Source: an uncultured archaeon
Lineage (GTDB): Archaea > Iainarchaeota > Iainarchaeia > Iainarchaeales > CSSED10-239
DNA: 9,798 bases
NCBI GenBank assembly: GCA_964463155.1
Contig: CAYXAY010000022.1
Coordinates: forward strand, 1 to 9,798
Direction of reading: 5' to 3'
The notes beneath the pieces were generated by a model that saw only the letters and a list, made by a program, of their open reading frames with translations, had not been told where the DNA came from and ran no database searches. Positions within the stretch are counted from its first letter, which is position 1, and every line of letters begins with the position of its first letter. The translations under genes and the position numbers were made by a program. Shown here piece by piece: positions 1 to 6,390 of this stretch.

Positions 1-842
1 GTTCTAGATTATAGGTTAATACTTTTAGGATAACCTGCTTTTGCTGGTTATCCTTTGTTGTTGCAGTTACAAATCCGCCGGTTGTTCGCTTTATTGCAGA
101 GATTACTGATTCAACAACCGATCTTTTATTATAAGATTTAGTTCTAAATCTCCTCATTGCTTTTATTCTGTTATCAGACACCGTCTGATAACTCGGAAGT
201 TGCCTAAATGGGATATGCACAGCAATATTGTTGTCCCAACAATCTTCTCGCAACTCTCTAGAATCATAACCCTTGTCTGCTAAAGCACGAACAATATTGT
301 GTTTTAGTTTGTCAAGCAGGGGAATAAATGATTGGGTATCATTTTTACGATATGGGTTAACTATTGTGTTTAGTACTAGTTTTGTGTTGATATTAACGAT
401 AATGCTAGTTTGTGTAAAGTTTTTATATGATGGTCTAATTTCACATCTATTCAGATAGTAACCTGTAGGATTAACATTTGTAAATCCGGTGGGATCAACA
501 GCAACAACCATGTTTTTGCTGTTGATTAACTTATGGCAAGCCATTACTAGTTTTTGTAAAATGTCTTTACTTATTCTGCTTACACCCTTTTGCAGAGTTG
601 TGAAGTGTGGTAGTTTATGGATACCAAGCAATCTTAAAACATTTATGTCGTTTAACAATTCCGTTAAACGACGAAAGAAAAGTTGTGCCTTTCTTTTAAA
701 ATCAACAAATATACATAATAAAGTTATTGTAAAGCTTGTTAGAGTACTTAGAAAAATGAAAAGGTAACCTAACTTCACCAAAAACGCGTTCAACTTGCTT
801 ATAGAAACTATTAAAAGATATTGGTTGTAATATATTAATCAT
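1..842 (-). mobile_element. IS4/IS5-superfamily DDE transposase gene. The 3' end runs off the left edge, and the N-terminal 46 codons are in a different frame from the catalytic body (apparent +1 shift near 700-715).
   Basis: My own minus-strand translation; not in the ORF track because the frame has no stop inside the window. Frame A: ATG at 842..840, MINILQPISFNSFYKQVERVFGEVRLPFHFSKYSNKLYNNFIMYIC, stop at 702..704. Frame B is open from about 709 down to base 2: FVDFKRKAQLFFRRLTELLNDINVLRLLGIHKLPHFTTLQKGVSRI...VVAVDPTGF...LADKGYDS...YNKRSVVESVISAIKR...LKVLTYNLE. The DDE triad is visible: D codon 494..496, D codon 275..277, E codon 110..112, with K/R 7-8 residues after the E. This pattern is typical of IS4/IS5-type transposases. 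Confidence 0.8.
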
Positions 843-850
843 GAAAGATC

Positions 851-884
851 AATAATATATATGTCGCAAGACATATATATTATT
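851..884. repeat. Perfect palindrome or hairpin: 15-bp stem aataatatatatgtc, 4-nt loop gcaa, then gacatatatattatt. It lies 9 nt upstream of the transposase ATG.
   Basis: Read directly from the sequence. The two arms are exact reverse complements. Function unknown (IS-end structure, transposase promoter/operator, or terminator of the upstream ATPase gene). Confidence 0.85.
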
Positions 885-906
885 TATGTTACAAATAAGG
901 AGTTAG

Positions 907-924
907 AGGGTTTCTACAAACCCT
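907..924. repeat. Second small hairpin: agggttt / ctac / aaaccct.
   Basis: A 7-bp perfect stem seen directly. It sits between the ATPase stop (966) and the transposase start (842). Candidate IS terminus or terminator; it cannot be assigned without the other IS end. Confidence 0.5.
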
Positions 925-965
925 AAATGTCCGAGTTTTTGTGCAATAATGTTTGCATTTTATGA

Positions 966-2213
966 TTATATAAAATCTCTCCAAACTAAATAGTATTTTA
1001 TTAAATTAATATTTTCTTTATTTGCATCAAAGTTTATTATTGATCCATCTCTTATAATTAAATATTTTTTGTATAATTTAAGTTTCTGAACTTGCTTTAA
1101 TTTAAAGTTATTAATGTCTTGTAAGGTGATTTGATTTCTGTATTTTACTTCAACACCAATTTTTTTAGAAGACTTACTATCGTGCCAAATAAAATCTATT
1201 TCATTTACGCCTCTATTATCCCAAAAATATTCTGCATTTATTTGAAAAGCAACATCTGTTTCTATAAGTTTGCTTTCATTAGGAGAATCATCTATAAAAT
1301 AAATTAATGTTGTACAAAAGGGATAAAATTTTTTAGATTTTTGTTCGGTTTTTCTTGCATTATTTGAAAAATGATATATCTTTCTTATTAGACCACTATT
1401 ACACAAATACGCAAGGTATTTAGTAATATCTTTCCTATTTGTGCCCAATTCTTTTGATAGGTCAGTATTATTTATTATTTGCCCTGGATCTTTTGAAATT
1501 ATTCTAAATATACTGTATAGTATTTCTGTATTTACATTTTTTACATATTTTTCAGAATCTTCATATATTACTTTTTTAATGATATTTAACATATATTGTT
1601 TTGTATCTATAGAATAATCTAATGCTAATTCAGGATATTGTCTTTTTAAGTAACTTTTATAGTGATTTAAAAAAACATCATCTATTTTATTATCTATTAC
1701 TGTTGCATTATTTGAAAAAAACAAATATTCTTTGAAATTTAATGGACCAATAAAATATTCAAATATTCTCCCCGCAAGAGATTCTTTTTTACTTGATCTT
1801 AAAGTAGACCCACTAACCACAATCTTTATATTTATATAATTATCATAAATTATCTTTATTTTTTCTTGCCAATTGTCAAGTTTTTGAATCTCATCAAAAA
1901 ACAAATAAACTTTTCCTCCATTTAATGATTTATTTCTAATAATTTCATATTCTTTAATTAGTTTAAATATATCTTCTTTAAAATCATCAAATGAAAAATA
2001 TAATATATCTTCTGGAGCTACATTATTATCTATCAAGTTTTTTATTAATTGCTTAATCAAAACAGATTTACCAACTCTTCTTGGACCTTCAATAGATAAT
2101 ATAAACTTATTTTCGATTGCGTTTTCAAGAATCGTGTAAATATCTCTTTTTATTGGATACTCTTTTAATTCTCCTCGCCATTGTTTGTTTTGAAAAAATA
2201 TCATTTCTTTCAT
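966..2213 (-). CDS. AAA+ ATPase of the AAA_14 + DUF4143 type (COG1373-like), with a central wHTH-like segment and a C-terminal PD-(D/E)xK-like motif.
   Basis: 415-aa ORF with ATG start and TAA stop. Walker A is GPRRVGKS (DNA 2064..2087) and Walker B-like is VYLFFDEIQ. The segment TDLSKELGTNRKDITKYLAYLCNSGLIRKI looks like a wHTH. The C-terminal NEIDFIWHD...IGVEVKY fits a D...E-x-K nuclease-fold signature. As far as I recall, DUF4143 belongs to the PD-(D/E)xK clan. Confidence 0.85.
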   Translation of the reverse strand: MKEMIFFQNKQWRGELKEYPIKRDIYTILENAIENKFILSIEGPRRVGKSVLIKQLIKNLIDNNVAPEDILYFSFDDFKEDIFKLIKEYEIIRNKSLNGGKVYLFFDEIQKLDNWQEKIKIIYDNYINIKIVVSGSTLRSSKKESLAGRIFEYFIGPLNFKEYLFFSNNATVIDNKIDDVFLNHYKSYLKRQYPELALDYSIDTKQYMLNIIKKVIYEDSEKYVKNVNTEILYSIFRIISKDPGQIINNTDLSKELGTNRKDITKYLAYLCNSGLIRKIYHFSNNARKTEQKSKKFYPFCTTLIYFIDDSPNESKLIETDVAFQINAEYFWDNRGVNEIDFIWHDSKSSKKIGVEVKYRNQITLQDINNFKLKQVQKLKLYKKYLIIRDGSIINFDANKENINLIKYYLVWRDFI

Positions 2214-2352
2214 TCATTATCACTTAAATATTATATATTACGAAACATTTATAAACCGTTGCCAAACTTTCCACTATTTTGGTATAGCGTAGTTCCTAAA
2301 TGCCACCCATTTTGGCACAGGCCAGAACCAAACATTCTACTCTTTCTGTGTA

Positions 2353-2910
2353 TTATTTCTTTTTTGTTTGATATTTTATTTGTTGCTTCTTTGCTTTCTC
2401 ACACAATTTTATTATCTTCTTGTCTGTAAATGGATTAATTGCACGTATACCGGGGATCTTGTTGAAGTCTTTTGTGTTTTCTGTATAGATTAGATGAATG
2501 TTGTTATCAAGCATTGTTTGTGCTAAGAGGGCATCAAAGAAATGAACGCCTGTTAAATAGGATAGATCTACGGCTTGCATAATTGTATCAGAAGTATAGG
2601 ACAAAATGGTAAATAAATTTGAAATATTTTTTAAACGATTGTTTAATTCTGTCGGATTATCAAAACATTTTAATTTATTTTTGGTAACATTTACAAATTC
2701 AACAAGATTTTGAATACTTATATATCCATATTTTAGATTGCCTTCTGAAAGTAAATTAAAATAATTTCGTATCTTTTCTGACTGGTCTTTGGTGTTTACA
2801 TTTGTATAAACTGTTACAAATATATTTGTGTCTATTAGATAAGATTCTTGAGAATCGAAATTCAATTTATCATAATTTAAATATAAATTTTCTGTAGTCA
2901 TTTGCGTCAC
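2353..2910 (-). CDS. vapC: PIN-domain protein, VapC-like toxin, with a Lys-rich C-terminal tail.
   Basis: 185-aa ORF. PIN acidic signature: YLIDTNIF near the N-terminus, FFDALLAQTML, and IYTENTKDF near the C-terminus. The listed start at 2910 is GTG; an ATG at 2901 (MTTENLY...) is an equally plausible start. It lies 3 nt downstream of the RHH gene on the same strand. Confidence 0.75.
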   Translation of the reverse strand: MTQMTTENLYLNYDKLNFDSQESYLIDTNIFVTVYTNVNTKDQSEKIRNYFNLLSEGNLKYGYISIQNLVEFVNVTKNKLKCFDNPTELNNRLKNISNLFTILSYTSDTIMQAVDLSYLTGVHFFDALLAQTMLDNNIHLIYTENTKDFNKIPGIRAINPFTDKKIIKLCEKAKKQQIKYQTKKK

Positions 2911-2913
2911 ATT

Positions 2914-3153
2914 TTATCTTTCATATATCTCTGCTCTAGTCTTAGGCATTTTCCCGTTTTTTCCGACCTTTAAAGGATTAGCCATCAAATATTTTAAATG
3001 CTTAATTGCGTCTAATCTTTTATTTTCTTTTTCAGATATGGTTTCAACAATTGTTTTACTTATAGCGTTTTTCCTGTCACCATACTTGGCTTTTGCCATT
3101 TCTCTTAAAAGCTTTTCAGATTTGTCATCCATTGATATTGTTATTACTCCCAT
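2914..3153 (-). CDS. vapB: Small ribbon-helix-helix (CopG/VapB-like) antitoxin candidate.
   Basis: 79-aa ORF with ATG start. The N-terminal GVITISMDDKSEKLLREMAK fits a beta-strand plus helix RHH start. It lies immediately upstream of the PIN gene. GAGGTG lies 7 nt upstream of the ATG. Confidence 0.65.
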   Translation of the reverse strand: MGVITISMDDKSEKLLREMAKAKYGDRKNAISKTIVETISEKENKRLDAIKHLKYLMANPLKVGKNGKMPKTRAEIYER

Positions 3154-3160
3154 TTTAGCA

Positions 3161-3166
3161 CACCTC
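3161..3166 (-). promoter_or_regulatory. Shine-Dalgarno-like GAGGTG for the RHH/PIN operon.
   Basis: The plus strand reads cacctc at 3161..3166, which is GAGGTG on the minus strand, 7 nt before the ATG at 3153. It is complementary to the conserved 16S 3' end. Confidence 0.4.
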
Positions 3167-3236
3167 TTTTCCGTTTAATGATTATTAAAAAGAAAGAACA
3201 AACAATTTTTAAACCTTGCCATTTTAAGTAATTTAA

Positions 3237-3277
3237 TATTTAAATAGGCAATTATTTAAATAGTTAATTATTTAATA
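3237..3277. promoter_or_regulatory. Three phased copies (16-bp spacing) of an AT palindrome: tatttaaata at 3237..3246 and 3253..3262, and a degenerate tatttaata at 3269..3277.
   Basis: Read directly. tatttaaata is its own reverse complement. The flanking context (c/t)aattatttaa is also repeated. The copies lie 85-125 nt upstream of the RHH gene start and downstream of the pilin-like gene. Candidate operator or TATA cluster, but low complexity in an AT-rich genome weakens this. Confidence 0.3.
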
Positions 3278-3341
3278 AAATACAATAAAAAAGAGCGATG
3301 ACTATCAAAGTTGTGTCCAAGAAATAGTGTAAACTATAACT

Positions 3342-3373
3342 AAAAAAATCAAAATTAAACCAAAAAATAAAAA
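3342..3373 (-). terminator. Oligo-T tracts (T5, T6, T7 on the minus strand) downstream of the pilin-like gene.
   Basis: Plus-strand A-runs at 3369..3373, 3362..3367 and 3342..3348 lie 15-46 nt after the stop at 3388. Archaeal RNA polymerase terminates at oligo-T stretches. Confidence 0.45.
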
Positions 3374-3387
3374 GAAGAAAAACAACC

Positions 3388-3894
3388 TCAATTGACTGTG
3401 CAGTTGTTTAATATTATTGACTCTTTAGGGCATGTTCCATTAGTTAGAATCATATGATATATGCTGTTTGGATTTAATGTGGTTAAAAGATTTTCATCTC
3501 CTATTGTGTATGTAAAATTAGCGTCAGTAGAAAGATTAGTCATTTCTCCCTTGCTTACTACCTTTTCAAATCTCCCCGCAACTACTAAGTCTTCTTCACT
3601 ACCATTCTTTCCTTGTATTGTCAGTACAAGATTAAATACTCTCAAATTAGAATCATTTCTAAAAACAAGACTTACCTTGTTTCCAGAAGAACTATAAATA
3701 TTACAAGAATCAACAATAAACTTAGCATCCATACAAGAAAGATCACTTGCCTGCTTTAATTCATCTGTTGCCTGGTCCATTCTTTCCTTTGAAGAATTTT
3801 TAAGCCACGCAAAGAAGATTCCTGCTAAAATCACGGTCACAACAATGATTAATGTAACAACAATTACCTCTGATGCCCCTTTTTGTGTATTCAT
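3388..3894 (-). CDS. Secreted or surface protein with an archaeal class III (type IV prepilin-like) signal peptide; pilin-like.
   Basis: 168 aa. The N-terminus MNTQKG/ASEVIVVTLIIVVTVILAGIFFAW has a short charged head, a K-G-A motif and a hydrophobic helix, as in PibD/FlaK-type substrates. The mature part has 4 Cys and 7 N-x-S/T sequons (NSS, NDS, NGS, NLS, NFT, NGT, NCT). Its ATG overlaps the antiporter TGA (ATGA at 3891..3894). Confidence 0.6.
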   Translation of the reverse strand: MNTQKGASEVIVVTLIIVVTVILAGIFFAWLKNSSKERMDQATDELKQASDLSCMDAKFIVDSCNIYSSSGNKVSLVFRNDSNLRVFNLVLTIQGKNGSEEDLVVAGRFEKVVSKGEMTNLSTDANFTYTIGDENLLTTLNPNSIYHMILTNGTCPKESIILNNCTVN

Positions 3895-5144
3895 TTTTTA
3901 CCACCACTTGCCTTTATATTGCTTGTTGATGCTGGCGGATCCTTTTCCCTTTCAACAATTAAGAAATAAACAGTGGTTGAAAGATTAGTTATAAGTATTA
4001 CCAAAAAGGCAATAGCAATAATCTTTTCGGTGAATATGTTGATTAAGCCAAGCCCTATTGGATAGGTTGCAAGAACCGCTGAAGCAAGCCCCCTAGAATG
4101 CAAAGCCACCACAAAAGCCCTATCTTTTTTCTTAAGAATCTTAGAAAACAATAATTGTGTTGAAACCGCCCTTAATATCAATATCAAACTTACTAATGCC
4201 AAAGTTATCAAAATAACATCCAATTTCAATAACATCTTTATATCAATGATTATTCCAAGATAAACAAAAAAGAACGTTTTAATAAGTAGGGAAATTTCTC
4301 TTTGAAAATTTGCAATGCCTTCCCCTAAAGTGTATTCCTTCATCTTGAATGTGTTTAAAAGGCTTGTAGAATTGCCTAAGACTAATCCAAACACAAGAAC
4401 GCAGAATGCGCCATTGCCGCCTAGATATTCCGCTAGAACATACAAAACAAACAAGAAAGCCAAAGTCAAGAAATAATCAAACTCCTTTGCTTCTGTTTGG
4501 TCTCTTAAGATTCTTATCCAGAATAATCCGCCAATCACTCCAATAACAGAAGCAATTGCAAATGCCAAGAATATTGTCTGTGCAATGCTTGTGGTGTTTA
4601 TTGCCTGTGATATTATTAATCCTGCTATTGTGATTGTTGCTACAACACAAAATATATCAGTCATTGCTGATTCTAATGTTAATATTGTCTTTGTCTTATT
4701 ACTTGCGCTTGATTTTGTAATTAAGGGAATAACTATTGCAGAGCTTGTCCCCCCAACAATAACTCCAGCCATCAGACCATAAAGCCATTCAAAGCCAAAA
4801 ATAAAATGTAAAGCTGCGCCACAAGCAAAAGCAGTAACAACAAAAACAATAATTGTATATAAAAATGAATTTTTTATCTCAGTTAATACTTTTCTAAAAT
4901 TAAGATATAACCCACCATCAAATAACAATACAATCAAGGCAATCGTTGCAAAAACGGGCGCAAGTCCTCTCAAAATCTCAATAATAGACACTGGAATTAC
5001 ATTAAATATAGGACCAAACAACAGTCCAACAATTATTAAAATTAGTATATCTGAAATCTTTGTCTTTTTAAAAAATTGGTTTCCAAAAAAGCCAAGTAGA
5101 AATATCGCTGCCAAAAGTAACAATGATAATAAGGTGGTATTCAT
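3891..5144 (-). CDS. Monovalent cation:proton antiporter (Na+/H+ exchanger family, CPA-type).
   Basis: 417 aa and polytopic (about 11-13 hydrophobic helices). The N-terminus LLLLAAIFLLGFFGNQFFKKTKISDILILIIVGLLFGP is typical of Na_H_Exchanger/Kef-type transporters. There is no SD. The AT-rich TATA-like stretch at 5153..5178 is consistent with a leaderless transcript. Confidence 0.85.
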   Translation of the reverse strand: MNTTLLSLLLLAAIFLLGFFGNQFFKKTKISDILILIIVGLLFGPIFNVIPVSIIEILRGLAPVFATIALIVLLFDGGLYLNFRKVLTEIKNSFLYTIIVFVVTAFACGAALHFIFGFEWLYGLMAGVIVGGTSSAIVIPLITKSSASNKTKTILTLESAMTDIFCVVATITIAGLIISQAINTTSIAQTIFLAFAIASVIGVIGGLFWIRILRDQTEAKEFDYFLTLAFLFVLYVLAEYLGGNGAFCVLVFGLVLGNSTSLLNTFKMKEYTLGEGIANFQREISLLIKTFFFVYLGIIIDIKMLLKLDVILITLALVSLILILRAVSTQLLFSKILKKKDRAFVVALHSRGLASAVLATYPIGLGLINIFTEKIIAIAFLVILITNLSTTVYFLIVEREKDPPASTSNIKASGGKK

Positions 5145-5209
5145 ATGTTTCGTTTTTTATTTTATTAAAATATATATTGTGAATTATTTTATAAACTTAA
5201 CTAAAAATA

Positions 5210-5251
5210 AATAATATAGACTAATAACATAATAATATAGACTAATAACAT
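5210..5251 (+). repeat. Perfect 21-bp tandem direct duplication (aataatatagactaataacat x2) in the divergent intergenic region, ending 21 nt before the DAC gene ATG.
   Basis: Copy 1 is 5210..5230 and copy 2 is 5231..5251, identical base for base. Each copy contains a TATA-like ataatata. Confidence 0.9.
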
Positions 5252-5271
5252 AAATTCACGGATAAGTGGTT

Positions 5272-5978
5272 ATGGGAAAAAACAAAAATTTTAATAAGAA
5301 GGTAATAGCAATTGTCACACAAATAGTCAATGGAATGGCAAACAAGAAAAAAGGTTCTTTTTTTATAATCACAAAATCATTTCTGACAAATATGAAAGAC
5401 TTTATCCTGATCTTTTTTCTAAACAAAATGTAAGCATATTCAAAAAGGAAACACAAACTCTTCTTATTGCTCTTCTAGAGGTTGATGGGGCAATTGTTAT
5501 TGATAACCACGGCCACATAGTTGACTATGGCGTCAAAGTAAAAAAAACAAAAATACTTTTCGGACATGGAACAAGACATTCTGCTGCTCGTGGAATCTCC
5601 TGTGTAAAAAATGTTCTGTCAATTATATCTTCTGAAGAAGATGGCAAAGTCAGATTATTTAGAAACGGAGAACAGGTTGCAGAGATAAACCCAAAGACTG
5701 GAAAATCCAAGAAATTCTTTGAAAGAATTGGAGAACTATTTTCAAAGTCTGAGCTTCATGTTGCTACTGCTGGCGGTGTTGCCTCACTATTGCTTCGCTT
5801 GAATCCTTTGCTTTCAGGAATTGTCTTTACTGGTTCTTGGGTCGTCACAAAATATGGAATAGTAAGCTTGAAATATTTCTTACATACAGGAAAGCTTACT
5901 ATTGAAAAGAAACATAAAGAAATCAAAAGAAAAATAAAAAAAATACAGAAAAAACATGGCCAGTCAACAAAACAATAG
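5272..5978 (+). pseudogene. DAC (DisA_N) domain protein, a diadenylate cyclase-like c-di-AMP synthase candidate. It is interrupted by a -1 frame change around 5358-5380 (pseudogene or homopolymer sequencing error).
   Basis: My own translation. Frame 1 runs from ATG 5272: MGKNKNFNKKVIAIVTQIVNGMANKKKGSFFIITKS... and stops at 5431. The frame starting at positions divisible by 3 is open 5298..5978 with no ATG/GTG/TTG before 5790, which is why the track shows only 5790..5978. It reads ...ISDKYERLYPDLFSKQNVSIFKKETQTLLIALLEVDGAIVIDNHGHIVDYGVKVKKTKILFGHGTRHSAARGISCVKNVLSIISSEEDGKVRLFRNGEQVAEI.... The DGA motif, the GTRHxAA motif and the SEE(D/T)G segment are DAC-domain hallmarks. The C-terminus has a hydrophobic stretch (VATAGGVASLLLRLNPLLSGIVFTGSWVV) and a Lys-rich tail. 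Confidence 0.75.
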
Positions 5979-6390
5979 CACAACGGAAATTTCAAAAGGA
6001 ATAGTCCAGTCATTTATAAGAATCGCAATGAGAGTTATTCTATTTGGAATTATAATTCCAGGAATAATCTACATTGGCATTAGATTCTTAGAAATTGCTT
6101 TTGGATTTGGCTGGAAAGAACAATTAACTTACCAGTATATGGGTTATATCTATACTGTTGGTTATGCTTTGTTTTTGGTGTATATGGCAATAAGAAACCA
6201 ACTAAGCACAACCTTGTATTATTCAATAGGTTGGATTTTTGGTTTGTTATTAATGTTTAGGCTTGGAATATTTACTACCAGAATGTTTTTTGGTTTTTTG
6301 TTTGTGCCAGTGATATTTGTAATCATTAAGATCTTGTATCTAATTTTTAAAAAAAAGGAAAAAAAAGTTAAAAGAAATTATAGCCCTTAG
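5956..6390 (+). CDS. Small integral membrane protein (about 4 TM helices), function unknown.
   Basis: 144-aa ORF with ATG start. It has four long hydrophobic segments and a KKKEKKVKR tail. It overlaps the DAC gene 3' end by 23 nt, and converges with the repeat-protein gene with a 23-nt overlap. Confidence 0.5.
   Translation: MASQQNNSTTEISKGIVQSFIRIAMRVILFGIIIPGIIYIGIRFLEIAFGFGWKEQLTYQYMGYIYTVGYALFLVYMAIRNQLSTTLYYSIGWIFGLLLMFRLGIFTTRMFFGFLFVPVIFVIIKILYLIFKKKEKKVKRNYSP

Noticed and set aside
273-767. Plus-strand ORFs 273..458 and 489..767 from the track.
   Set aside because: Both lie antisense to a minus-strand frame with clear DDE transposase motifs. Their products are low-complexity and hydrophobic with no recognisable features. 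They are shadow ORFs.
2214-2352. Checked the slightly GC-richer intergenic stretch (tggcacaggccagaacc and surroundings) for a tRNA or small RNA.
   Set aside because: It has no cloverleaf-compatible stems, no T-loop (GTTCRAATC-like) motif and only 4-5 bp inverted repeats. It is better explained as the ATPase promoter/leader and the PIN gene 3' flank.
2181-2429. Plus-strand ORF 2181..2429.
   Set aside because: It bridges the ATPase start, the intergenic promoter region and the 3' end of the PIN gene. It overlaps two well-supported genes on the other strand and has no coding-like composition.
3461-4782. Plus-strand ORFs 3461..3697 and 4585..4782.
   Set aside because: They are antisense to the pilin-like and antiporter genes respectively. 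They are typical shadow ORFs of AT-rich coding DNA.
5431-5433. Possible stop-codon recoding (an in-frame TAA inside the DAC gene).
   Set aside because: On careful indexing, the downstream conserved part is in a different frame, so this is a frameshift and not an in-frame stop. TAA, TGA and TAG all terminate well-supported genes in this window, so there is no sign of an altered genetic code.
5256-6013. Minus-strand ORFs 5256..5456, 5525..5710 and 5756..6013, and the plus ORF 5790..5978 as an independent gene.
   Set aside because: The three minus ORFs are antisense to the DAC-domain reading frames, which carry conserved DGA/GTRHxAA motifs. ORF 5790..5978 is simply the tail of the DAC frame, starting at the first in-frame TTG.
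5956-6390. The two 23-nt gene overlaps (5956..5978 co-directional, 6368..6390 convergent) as regulatory antisense features.
   Set aside because: Short overlaps are common in compact genomes. The identical length appears coincidental, and nothing in the sequence (no hairpin or conserved motif) supports a specific mechanism. An internal ATG start for the 4-TM protein would remove the first overlap.
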